A program made the translations under genes and the position numbers. From the NCBI GenBank assembly GCA_044866005.1, contig JBIOTN010000150.1:1-32989 (forward strand): DNA of 32,989 nt. The letters run 5' to 3'. Positions within the stretch are counted from its first letter, which is position 1; each line of letters starts with the position of its first letter. Below are positions 24,889-32,989 of the stretch, piece by piece. Origin of the DNA: Candidatus Rokuibacteriota bacterium. Lineage in GTDB: Bacteria > Methylomirabilota > Methylomirabilia > Rokubacteriales > DASRDR01. The notes under the pieces were generated by a model. The model did not search any database. It was not told where the DNA came from and was given only the letters and a program-made list of their open reading frames with translations.

Positions 24889-25725
24889 TCAGGACCGCCC
24901 TGTGCGCCCGTCCCGCGCCGGCTTGCGGCGGACCGCCTCCTCGATGCGCTCGAACCGGCGGCGCAGCGGCGCCAGCCCTTCGTCGTGCGTGAGGATGTAG
25001 AGTTCGCCGGCCTGAATGGCGGCCAGGGTCTCGACCGCGACCTCTTCGGGAGCGAGCGTCCGGCCCATCAACCTCACCGTCGCGGGCGGTTCGCGCGCGG
25101 GATCGCGGAGGGCAGCCGGCCGGTTTCGCTCGGCCTCGCCGATCCGGGTCGCCACGCCCATCGGGCAGAGGACGGAGACCCCGATCCCGTAAGGTCGCAG
25201 GTCCTTGGCCAGCGTCTCCGAGAGGCCGACGATCGCGTACTTGGTCGTGGTGTAGACGCCGAGTCCCGCGCTGGCGACGAGCCCGGCCATGGACGCCGTG
25301 TTGACGACGTGGCCGTGTCCTTGCGCGATCATCCGCGGCAGGAAAGCCTCGAGCCCGTGGATGACGCCCCAGAGGTTCACACCGATGACCCACTGCCAGT
25401 CGCGGTACGTCGCGCGCTCGAGCCCGCCCTGGACGAGGACACCGGCGTTGTTGCAGAGGACGTGCACGGCGCCGAAGCGGCGGAAGGCGCGGTCGGCCAG
25501 CGCCTGCACCTGGGCGCGGTCGGCCACGTCAGTGGGAATGGCGAGCGGCTCGGGCCCGCACGCGGTGACCTGGCGGCCGGTCTCCGCGAGGCCGGCCTCG
25601 TCGACGTCGGCAACGACGACGCGAGCGCCGGCCCGGGCGAAGGCGAGCGCGAGGGCCCGCCCGATCCCGCTCCCGCCGCCCGTGACGACCGAGACCCGAC
25701 CGTCGAAGCTCGCGAGCGGCATCAC
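24889..25725 (-). CDS. Short-chain dehydrogenase/reductase
   Basis: TGGGSGIG, NNAGV, NTAS, YTTTK (YxxxK). Confidence 0.92.
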   Translation of the reverse strand: MMPLASFDGRVSVVTGGGSGIGRALALAFARAGARVVVADVDEAGLAETGRQVTACGPEPLAIPTDVADRAQVQALADRAFRRFGAVHVLCNNAGVLVQGGLERATYRDWQWVIGVNLWGVIHGLEAFLPRMIAQGHGHVVNTASMAGLVASAGLGVYTTTKYAIVGLSETLAKDLRPYGIGVSVLCPMGVATRIGEAERNRPAALRDPAREPPATVRLMGRTLAPEEVAVETLAAIQAGELYILTHDEGLAPLRRRFERIEEAVRRKPARDGRTGRS

Positions 25726-25759
25726 GGTCCGGACGTCCTCACCGCTCGCGGCGGCCGGC

Positions 25760-26188
25760 TCAATCGTCTGTCGGAGGTGGGACGAGGTAACCGGGCGGTG
25801 GGTGGTCGGGAAGCCGGTAGCGAATGTACGCGTACCCCCATTCCCGGTGGTACGCGTCCGCCGCCTCCACGGACGCCCGCGCCAGGCGGTCGAAGGCCGG
25901 CCAGTCGCGCGCGCGGATGGCGGCGTCGATCGGGTCGAGGAACTCCGCGGTGAACTTGCCGAGAGCCTCGGCGTACTTCGGCCGCGTCAGCTTGGCCGTG
26001 TTGAAGACCTTCCGCGCTCCCCGGAGCTGGTAGGCGGCGAGCTCCCAGTTTCCCGCCTGGGCTGCGAAGTACATGACGTGATACCGCTGCGCGAGCGCGA
26101 GCATCAGCTCGGACATGCCCGGCATCATGCCGGCCATCTGGTCGAGCGTGAGCTCCCCGTGCTTCGTCCGCCCGACGATCTTGTCCAC
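25760..26188 (-). CDS. Hypothetical four-helix protein
   Basis: GGGAGG RBS before GTG 26188; PGMSELM...YFAAQAGNWELAAYQL helical pattern. Confidence 0.7.
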   Translation of the reverse strand: MDKIVGRTKHGELTLDQMAGMMPGMSELMLALAQRYHVMYFAAQAGNWELAAYQLRGARKVFNTAKLTRPKYAEALGKFTAEFLDPIDAAIRARDWPAFDRLARASVEAADAYHREWGYAYIRYRLPDHPPPGYLVPPPTDD

Positions 26189-26210
26189 GCGTGCCTCCCT
26201 CCCCGGAGGC

Positions 26211-26240
26211 ACCTTAAGCCCGCTGACGGGCGCCGGTCAA
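26211..26240 (-). promoter_or_regulatory. Putative sigma70 promoter
   Basis: Minus strand TTGACC-N18-TAAGGT upstream of 26188. Confidence 0.55.
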
Positions 26241-26361
26241 GGCGCCGGCGGACGCGCGCGTCGTGCGGCTCCCCGAATGCTGCGCGAGGGAATCTCCATG
26301 ACGAGCGAAAGACGACGCCGACCGCCCAACGAGCCTGCCGCTCGACACCGCGGCCGCCCGA

Positions 26362-26428
26362 GCGCGGGCTTGCCCGCGCAACCGATCCGGAGGGAGGAAC
26401 CGGAGGGGGCCGTCGAGGCCCCCTCCGG
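26362..26428. repeat. Composite palindromic element including REP-like family A copy 3
   Basis: GCGCGGGC-TT-GCCCGCGC (26362-79) plus CCGGAGGGGGCC-GTCGA-GGCCCCCTCCGG (26400-28), 5 nt past the stop of the 26434 gene. Confidence 0.85.
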
Positions 26429-26433
26429 AAGGC

Positions 26434-26853
26434 TTAGCAGACCTCTCGCACCCGCTCCTGAATGAGCTGGCCGTTCTGGTAGACCCGCTCCTGCACCTGG
26501 CGGCAGCCGTTGGGACCGCGGCCCTGTGGCGCCGCCTCGACCCGCTGGAAGCCGTCCGTCGTCTGATACGCCACCGGCCGGTTCTGGACCGCGGCCTCGT
26601 TCGCGGCACGGGACGAGATCTCCGTCAAGCCGCCACCGAGGACGGCCCCCAGAGCGCCTCCCAGCACCGCCCCCCGCCAGTGGTTCTTCTTGTCGACCAG
26701 GGCGCCCGCCCCCGCGCCCACCGCTGCCCCCAGACCGGCTCCCTGATACGTGCGCGGAGTCGTCACGAGGGGCGAGCCCTGAACCGCGGCGCAGGCCGCC
26801 AGTGTGCCGGCGACGAAGCTGACCATGAGCACCGAACTGATGAGCCGACGCAT
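26434..26853 (-). CDS. Glycine-zipper outer-membrane lipoprotein
   Basis: AAGGAGG RBS; lipobox LAAC; GAGLGAAVGAGAGA...GAVLGGALGAVLGG. Confidence 0.85.
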   Translation of the reverse strand: MRRLISSVLMVSFVAGTLAACAAVQGSPLVTTPRTYQGAGLGAAVGAGAGALVDKKNHWRGAVLGGALGAVLGGGLTEISSRAANEAAVQNRPVAYQTTDGFQRVEAAPQGRGPNGCRQVQERVYQNGQLIQERVREVC

Positions 26854-27094
26854 TGTCATCCTCCTTGCCTCAGCCCGACCCTCCCTGGCCGGGCCAGCAT
26901 CCGTCTCGCCGCGCTGCCCTGTCGGCGCGCTGGGTTCCGTCTGCTCACCCCCTTGGACGTGGACGCCCCGGCATCGCTTCACGGCGCGCGTCGGCCCGGG
27001 GACGCGGTTGACCGGGCCTCGACACGGCCCCCCGGGCCCCGCCCGCGGGCGACCGGCCCGAACGCCGGGCGGCCCGTCTGCGCGCGGGCGTTCG

Positions 27095-27111
27095 CTGGCA
27101 TAAGGGTTGCT
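27095..27111 (+). promoter_or_regulatory. sigma54 promoter of trxC-ackA-phosphoketolase
   Basis: CTGGCATAAGGGTTGCT, near-consensus YTGGCA-N6-TTGCW. Confidence 0.8.
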
Positions 27112-27128
27112 CTCTCCCACGATACGGG

Positions 27129-27605
27129 GTGCAGAGGATCGTGCCGGCTGAAAGCGTCACGGTGCGCTGCGAGGCATGCGGCACGCTGAACCGCGTGCCG
27201 GGCCACGAGCGGGCGCGCCGGGCGCGGTGCGGGCGCTGTCACGCGCCGCTCCCGCTGGAGCCCGCCGCTCCGCTCACGGTCGCCGATGCGACGTTCGAGC
27301 GGGACGTCCTGCGCGCGCCGGTCCCGGTCCTCGTGGACTGCTGGGCGCCCTGGTGCGGCCCCTGCCGCCTCCTCTCGCCCGTCGTCGACGCGGTCGCGCG
27401 CGCCTACGAAGGCCGCGCCCGCGTGGCCAAGCTCGACGTTGACCAGAACCCCGCCGCCGCCACCCGCTATGGAGTCCAGAGCATTCCGACGCTGCTCTTC
27501 TTCGAAGGCGGCGAGCTGCGGGACCGTCTCGTGGGGACGGAGCCGCGGGCCGCGATCGAGGCTCGACTCGAGGCCCTGCTCCGGCGGCGCGCCGCCTCGG
27601 CATGA
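27129..27605 (+). CDS. trxC: Thioredoxin 2 (zinc-finger thioredoxin)
   Basis: CEAC/CGRC zinc finger with NRVP, and WAPWCGPC active site. Start is 27129 or 27141. Confidence 0.88.
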   Translation: MQRIVPAESVTVRCEACGTLNRVPGHERARRARCGRCHAPLPLEPAAPLTVADATFERDVLRAPVPVLVDCWAPWCGPCRLLSPVVDAVARAYEGRARVAKLDVDQNPAAATRYGVQSIPTLLFFEGGELRDRLVGTEPRAAIEARLEALLRRRAASA

Positions 27606-28822
27606 TCGTGCTGGCGCTCAACTGCGGGAGCTCGTCGGTCAAGTTCCAGTTGATCGACACGGACCCCGAGAGGGCCGCCCGGGATGCCGACCGCCGCCTG
27701 GCCCGAGGGGCGGTCGAAGGCATCGGCGCCCAGGCCCGGTTCGTCGTCGAGGCGGACGGGCCGGCACGGGAGGAGGCCGCCGCGGTCGCCGACCATGAGG
27801 CGGCGGTCGGCCGCGTCCTGGCCTGGACGCACTCCGCCGCCGGCGGAGGGCCGGGTCTGTCGGCGTCCCGCGTCCAGGCGGTCGGCCATCGCGTGGTTCA
27901 CGGAGGCGACGGCTTCACGAGGCCTGCGGTCATCGACGCGCGGGTCACCGAGGCGATCGAGGCCCTCGAGGCGCTCGCGCCGCTCCACAACGCGCCGAGC
28001 CTCGCCGGCATTCGGGCCGCGCGCCAGAGGCTGGGCCCGGCGGCGCCGATGGTGGCGGTCTTCGACACCGCGTTTCACGCGACGTTGCCCGATCATGCCG
28101 CGCGGTACGCCCTGCCCCACGAGCTTGCGGTCCGTCACCGCATCCGCCGGTACGGCTTCCACGGCACCTCGTACCGCTCCATCCTCGGCCGATACTGTCG
28201 GCTCACCGGCAGGCCGCCCGATCGGGCCACGCTCGTGGCCCTCCACCTGGGGAACGGTTGCTCGGCCGTCGCCATCCGCGAGGGGCGCTCCGTGGACACC
28301 TCGATGGGGTTCACGCCGCTGGAGGGGCTCGTCATGGGGACGCGGGCCGGGGACCTCGATCCCGCGATCGTGGGCCACCTCGCCCGCGCCGAGGGCGTGC
28401 CGGTCGCCGAGGTCGAGCGCTGGCTCAACGAGCGCTCCGGGCTGCTCGGCGTCTCGGGGCAGAGCGGGGACATGCGGACGCTCCTCCGGCGCGAGGCGGA
28501 CGATGCCCGGGCGCGGCTCGCCGTGGAGCTCTTCTGCTACCGGGCGCGCAAGTACATCGGGGCGTACCTGGCGGCCCTGGGAGGCGCGGAGGCCGTCGTG
28601 TTCACCGGCGCCATCGGCGAGCGCGCGGCGGAGATCCGCGCGCGGATCTGTGCGGGCATGGAGTGGTGCGGCCTCGTGCTCGACTCGGCCCGCAACGCCG
28701 CCACGGTCGGCGAGGCCGCGCGGATCAGCCCGGACGGGGCGCCGGTGAGCGCCTTCGTGATCCCGACCGACGAGGAGCTGGTGATTGCCCGGGACACGGT
28801 CGAGACGCTGAGGGGGACGTGA
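27602..28822 (+). CDS. ackA: Acetate kinase
   Basis: LNCGSSSVKF, GHRVVHGG, APLHN, FDTAFH, YGFHGTS, HLGNG, SMGFTPLEGL, IPTDEE. Confidence 0.95.
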   Translation: MIVLALNCGSSSVKFQLIDTDPERAARDADRRLARGAVEGIGAQARFVVEADGPAREEAAAVADHEAAVGRVLAWTHSAAGGGPGLSASRVQAVGHRVVHGGDGFTRPAVIDARVTEAIEALEALAPLHNAPSLAGIRAARQRLGPAAPMVAVFDTAFHATLPDHAARYALPHELAVRHRIRRYGFHGTSYRSILGRYCRLTGRPPDRATLVALHLGNGCSAVAIREGRSVDTSMGFTPLEGLVMGTRAGDLDPAIVGHLARAEGVPVAEVERWLNERSGLLGVSGQSGDMRTLLRREADDARARLAVELFCYRARKYIGAYLAALGGAEAVVFTGAIGERAAEIRARICAGMEWCGLVLDSARNAATVGEAARISPDGAPVSAFVIPTDEELVIARDTVETLRGT

Positions 28823-31320
28823 TGCGCGAGGTGGCCCCAGACGACGTCGCCCGCGCGGCGCCGGGAGGTCGCGCGCTCGTCGCGCGCGCCGCGGCGTACC
28901 GCGCGCAGGAGCCCGCCTTCGCCCGCTGGGCCGCGGGCTACGGGCGGATCCGTCACACGCCGCGGACCCAGGTGCGCGTGCACGACCTGGCCGAGCGCCT
29001 CGCCGCGGGCGCCGCGGCGGGGGACGGCGTGCCGATCTACGAGCTCCTCCACGCGGCCGACCGGATCGCGAGCGCCGGCATGTGGCTCGTCGTCCACGAG
29101 ACCTACGCTCGGAACGTCTACCTCGATGGCCGCGCGCTCGGGGCGGAGGACTTCAAGCCGCACCCCGAGGGCCACACGGGCGGCGCCCTCAACATGGTGC
29201 CGGCCTATACCGGCTACCTGGCGGTCAACGCGCTGACCGGGCAGACGCGCGCCTGGCTCATGGGTCAGGGCCACTGCGTGGCCGCGGTGGATTCGGTCAA
29301 CCTGCTCGTCGGGAACATGAGTCCCGCGCACGCGGCTCGCTACGACGTGACCGATGCCGGGCTCACCCGCTACGTCCAGGATTTTTACGCGTACCGCCTC
29401 CGCGCGGACGGCAGCCAGGACTCGCCCCTCGGCAGCCACGTCAACGTCCACACCGCGGGCGGCGTCGCCGAAGGCGGCTACCTCGGCTTCGCCGAGCTCC
29501 AGTACGTCCACATGCCGCTGCCGGGCGAGCGGCTGGTCGCTTTCTTGAGCGACGGCGCCTTCGAGGAGCAGCGCGGGAGCGACTGGGCGCCGCGCTGGTG
29601 GCGCGCCGAGGACTCGGGACTCGTGGCGCCCATCATGATCGCGAACGGCCGCCGCATCGACCAGCGCACGACCATGGCGCAGCAGGGCGGCGTCGACTGG
29701 CTGCGGCGACATCTGCGACTCAACGGCTTCGACCCGCTGACGTTCGACGGCCGCGACCCGGCGGCGTTCACCTGGGCGGTCTTCGAGCTGGAGCGCCGGC
29801 TCGAGGCGAGGGGCCGGGCGGCCCACTCGGACTCGGACGCGGACGGCTATCCCGTGCCGCTGCCCTATGGCATCGCCGTCGCCCCCAAGGGAGCCGGTTT
29901 CTACGGCGAAGGCACGAACCTCGCCCACAACCTCCCGCTAGGCGAAAACCCGCACCGCGACGCGGCCGCCGCGAAGCGGTTCAACACGCACGCCCGCAAG
30001 CTCTGGGTGCCGGCCCCGGAGCTCCGCGAGGCGGCGGGACGGCTCCAGCGCCACGACCGATCGGGTCGGCCGCGAGAGCGCGACCACGCGCTGGCGACCC
30101 GTGACGTTCGCCTCGGAACGGTGCCGGCGCCGGCGTTCCGGCCGGTCCCGGACGACCGGCGCGACCCCGCTCGCTGGACGCGCGCCTGCCCGATGGCAGC
30201 GGTGGACGAGCGGTTCCTCGCGACCGTGCGCGCGAACCCGCACCTGCGGCCCCGCGTCGGCAACCCCGACGAGATGCGCTCGAACCGCATGCAGCGGACG
30301 CTCGACGCGCTCAAATTCCGTGTCACGGCGCCGGAGCCCGAGATCCCGGAGGCGGTGAGCGGCGCGGTCATCACCGCGCTCAACGAGGAAGCGGTGGCCT
30401 CGGCCGGCCTCGCCAACAAGGGAGGCCTCAACATCGTCGTCACCTACGAGGCCTTCGGCGCCAAGATGCACGGCGCGGTGCGCCAGGAGATCGTCTTCGC
30501 CGATCACCAGAACGCGGCCGGCCGGCCGGCCGGCTGGCTCTCCATGCCGCTCGTCCTCACCTCGCACACGTGGGAGAACGCGAAGAACGAGCGGTCCCAC
30601 CAGGATCCCGCCATGGCGGAGGCGCTGCTCGGAGAGCCGGCGGACGTCTCGCGCGTGGTCTTCCCCGCCGACTACAACACCGCGGCCGCCGTCATGCAGG
30701 CGGTCTATGAGACCCGCGGGCAGATCTGGACCCTCGTCGTTCCGAAGGGTGACACGATCGCCGACCTGTTCACCGCGCCGGAGGCGGCGGACCTCGTGCG
30801 CCAGGGCGGCGCGCGTCTCGACTGGAGCGGCGACCGAGCCGACGAGGCGCGTGTCCTCCTCACGGCCATCGGCGCCTACCAGCTCGCCGAGGCGCTGCGC
30901 GCCTCGCGGCGGCTCGCCGAGCGCGGCATCGCGCACGCCGTCAACTATCTCCTCGAGCCCGGGCGGTTCCGGCATGCGAGGAGCGAGCGCGAGGCCGCGC
31001 ACGTGGTTCCAGATGAGGTGCGCCACGCGCTCTTCCCGGAAGCGGTCCGACCCCGCGTGTTCTTCACGCACACTCGGCCCGAGCCGATGCTCGGCGCCCT
31101 GGCCCCGCTCCATACCGGACGGGACACTGTCGGCCTCGGCTTCACGAACCACGGGGGCACGCTGAGCGTCGGCGGCCTCCTGTTCGTGAACGGGGCCACC
31201 TGGGCCCACGGCCTCGCCGCCGTGGCCCGGACGCTCGGGCTGGCGCGCCAGGCGGTGCTGACCGACGCGGAGATCGCCGCGCTCGACCACCAGGGCTCGC
31301 CGGACGGTGTCATCGTCTGA
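28822..31320 (+). CDS. Phosphoketolase-family (XFP-like) TPP enzyme
   Basis: FKPHPEGH, GQGH, SHVN...EGGYLG, SDGAFE...IANG, PDEMRSNRM, LNEE, TYEAF, SHQDP; TGATG coupling to ackA. Confidence 0.85.
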   Translation: MREVAPDDVARAAPGGRALVARAAAYRAQEPAFARWAAGYGRIRHTPRTQVRVHDLAERLAAGAAAGDGVPIYELLHAADRIASAGMWLVVHETYARNVYLDGRALGAEDFKPHPEGHTGGALNMVPAYTGYLAVNALTGQTRAWLMGQGHCVAAVDSVNLLVGNMSPAHAARYDVTDAGLTRYVQDFYAYRLRADGSQDSPLGSHVNVHTAGGVAEGGYLGFAELQYVHMPLPGERLVAFLSDGAFEEQRGSDWAPRWWRAEDSGLVAPIMIANGRRIDQRTTMAQQGGVDWLRRHLRLNGFDPLTFDGRDPAAFTWAVFELERRLEARGRAAHSDSDADGYPVPLPYGIAVAPKGAGFYGEGTNLAHNLPLGENPHRDAAAAKRFNTHARKLWVPAPELREAAGRLQRHDRSGRPRERDHALATRDVRLGTVPAPAFRPVPDDRRDPARWTRACPMAAVDERFLATVRANPHLRPRVGNPDEMRSNRMQRTLDALKFRVTAPEPEIPEAVSGAVITALNEEAVASAGLANKGGLNIVVTYEAFGAKMHGAVRQEIVFADHQNAAGRPAGWLSMPLVLTSHTWENAKNERSHQDPAMAEALLGEPADVSRVVFPADYNTAAAVMQAVYETRGQIWTLVVPKGDTIADLFTAPEAADLVRQGGARLDWSGDRADEARVLLTAIGAYQLAEALRASRRLAERGIAHAVNYLLEPGRFRHARSEREAAHVVPDEVRHALFPEAVRPRVFFTHTRPEPMLGALAPLHTGRDTVGLGFTNHGGTLSVGGLLFVNGATWAHGLAAVARTLGLARQAVLTDAEIAALDHQGSPDGVIV

Positions 31321-31347
31321 TCAGGGGCGTGGAAGGCCGGGGCGCGG

Positions 31348-31364
31348 CTGGTCGAGGGCTTGCA
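31348..31364 (+). promoter_or_regulatory. sigma54 promoter of the HPF / aeRF1-like pair
   Basis: CTGGTCGAGGGCTTGCA, GG-N10-GC, intergenic, about 70 nt before ATG 31434. Confidence 0.6.
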
Positions 31365-31433
31365 TGCGGCCAGTCCCAGACAGAGGTCGCAACGCAGGGC
31401 CCGAGCCTCTAGACTGGAAGCAGGAGGTGGGCG

Positions 31434-31820
31434 ATGACGATCGAGATCCGAGGGATCGCCGGTGATCGGGTTCTCCACGCGTTCGTCGCCAGACAGCTCC
31501 GCGCCCTCGCAGCGCGGCTTCGGTTGAAGCCGATCGAGGCCGAGGCGAACTTCGTCGACGTGAACGGGCCGAAGGGCGGGGTGGACATCCGCTGCGGCCT
31601 CACCGTCCGGCTCCCGCGCCGCCCGACGCTCCACGCCGAGCACCTGGCGCCGACCGCGCGACTCGCCTTCGACGGCGGCCTCGTCGCGCTGGAGCGACAA
31701 CTCGCCCGCTACGGGGACCGCGAGCGGGAGCTGCGACGCCGGCCCAAGAAGTACTTCGTCGCGAAGGCGCTGCTGGAAGGCCGTGCGCCCGCCGTCACCA
31801 AGCGACGGAAGGCCTCCTGA
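31434..31820 (+). CDS. HPF/RaiA-like ribosome-associated protein
   Basis: IEIRG...FVDVNGPKGGVDIRCGLTVRLP...AFDGGLVALERQL; AGGAGG RBS; basic tail. Confidence 0.75.
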   Translation: MTIEIRGIAGDRVLHAFVARQLRALAARLRLKPIEAEANFVDVNGPKGGVDIRCGLTVRLPRRPTLHAEHLAPTARLAFDGGLVALERQLARYGDRERELRRRPKKYFVAKALLEGRAPAVTKRRKAS

Positions 31821-31825
31821 GCGCC

Positions 31826-32953
31826 ATGGACTTCAACGCGCGCCTCCGCGAGCTGGCCAAGCAGACGAGCGCGGATCAGCCGATCGTGAGCGTGTACCTC
31901 AACACGCGCTGGGCGGACGAGCACCAGCGGGATCGCGTGCGGCTGTTCCTGAAGAACGAGATCCGCAAGGCGCGCCAGGGCGCGGGCGCCGCCCGGCTCG
32001 AGGACGACCTCCGCTGGATCGAGACGCAAGGCGAGGCGCTGGCGCGGCAATCCCAGTTCCCCGACGCGAGCGGGGTTGCCCTCTTCGCCTGCCAGGCGCT
32101 CGGCCTGCGCGAGATCCTGCCGCTGCGCGTCCCGTTCGACGATGCCTTCGTGGTGGACGAGACGCCCTTTCTCCGTCCGCTCGCCACGCTGCTCGAGCGG
32201 ACGCCGTCGGCCGTGGTCGTCTTCGTCGACGGGGAGAGCGCCCGACTGGTCCCCGTGGACCCCGAGAGCGCCGGCGACGAGCTGACGCTCCAGAGCGAGG
32301 TGCAGGGCCAGCACCGGCGCGGCGGCTGGGCGCTCCTGGCCCAGTCGCGCTACGAGCGCCACATCGCCGAGCAGCGCGGCCGCCACTTCGAGGCGGTGGC
32401 GGCGGTCGTGTCACAGCTCACCGAGCAGAACGGGTTCGACCGCATCGTGCTCGCGGGCGAGCCGAAGAACGTCGCGCTCTTCCGGAAGCACCTGCCGGCC
32501 CCGGTGGCGGCGCGGGTCGCCGGCAGCGTCGCCGGCAGTCGCTACGAGCCGGCTGCGGCGATCCTCGGTCGGGCGACCGAGCTCCTGGCGCGGCTGGAGC
32601 GTGACACGGCGGCGGCGGACCTCGAGGACCTCCTCACCGAAGCGGCCAAGGGCGGCCAGGCCGTCGCGGGGCTCGAGGAGACGCTGGACGCAGTCGAGCG
32701 CGGCGCGGTCCGCCGCCTCTACCTGCTCGCGGGGTTCCGCGAGACGGGCCGGGTGTGCGCCGGGTGCGCGAGCCTCCAGCGCGGCGACGGGGCGAGCTGC
32801 CGGCTCTGCGGAAAACCCACCAAGGCGACCGAGCTCGGCGAGGCGATCGTGGATCGCGTCATCGCCGCGGGCGGGAAGGTCGAGACGGTCGAGCGCCACG
32901 GAGGCCTGGAGCGAGTGGGCGGCGTGGCCGCCCGCCTCCGCTACGCCCTCTAG
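31826..32953 (+). CDS. Bacterial aeRF1/Pelota-like release factor family protein (baeRF) with C-terminal Zn-ribbon insert
   Basis: VSVYLN, GVALFAC, PFLRPL, HRRGGW....Q.RYERH, IVLAG, GLEETLDAVERGAV, CAGC/CRLC, GGVAARLRY. Confidence 0.85.
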   Translation: MDFNARLRELAKQTSADQPIVSVYLNTRWADEHQRDRVRLFLKNEIRKARQGAGAARLEDDLRWIETQGEALARQSQFPDASGVALFACQALGLREILPLRVPFDDAFVVDETPFLRPLATLLERTPSAVVVFVDGESARLVPVDPESAGDELTLQSEVQGQHRRGGWALLAQSRYERHIAEQRGRHFEAVAAVVSQLTEQNGFDRIVLAGEPKNVALFRKHLPAPVAARVAGSVAGSRYEPAAAILGRATELLARLERDTAAADLEDLLTEAAKGGQAVAGLEETLDAVERGAVRRLYLLAGFRETGRVCAGCASLQRGDGASCRLCGKPTKATELGEAIVDRVIAAGGKVETVERHGGLERVGGVAARLRYAL

Positions 32954-32989
32954 GCCGGGCCGATAACCGTCGCATCCCGGCGTCCTCGG
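32954..32989. repeat. Intergenic repeat family B copy 2 (probably cut by the window end)
   Basis: GCCGGGCCGATAACCGTCGCATCCCGGC versus 22251 GCCGGGCCGATAGCCGTCGCCTCTCGGC; both directly follow a TAG stop. Confidence 0.7.

Noticed and set aside
26115..26465. Small plus-strand ORF running through the repeat element
   Set aside because: It overlaps genes on the opposite strand at both ends, consists largely of translated palindrome and has no recognisable motif.
27602..31320. Phosphoketolase/AckA as an enolase-bypass arm of the fluoride response
   Set aside because: It lies several kb away under its own sigma54-type promoter, and nothing in the sequence links it to the riboswitch.

Overview
Very GC-rich, gene-dense bacterial chromosomal window. 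The gene content, Pup and intergenic palindromes suggest Rokubacteria/Methylomirabilota, but that is inference only. It holds about 32 intact CDSs and one pseudogene; no tRNA, rRNA, CRISPR array or transposase was seen. Main points: (1) A clear fluoride (crcB-motif) riboswitch at 17022-17075 has an unusual expression platform with two tandem terminators. It leads an operon of an orphan prokaryotic ubiquitin-like protein Pup (ending GGE), a Cys/His-rich DUF6062-like coiled-coil protein, a cation:proton antiporter, a universal stress protein and a truncated MFS gene. (2) An AhpD/CMD-family selenoprotein candidate (CxxU) is split in the ORF track, with a SECIS-like hairpin 11 nt after the UGA. 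(3) Four sigma54-type promoters precede a lipid-synthesis operon, a small lipoprotein pair, trxC-ackA-phosphoketolase, and an HPF plus aeRF1-like pair. (4) There are dispersed modules of a split cobalamin methionine synthase, an adenylate cyclase-deacetylase-LysM/TPR operon, a methyltransferase that probably starts at CTG, and two families of intergenic palindromic repeats. All family assignments come from motif recognition by eye; no database search was run.
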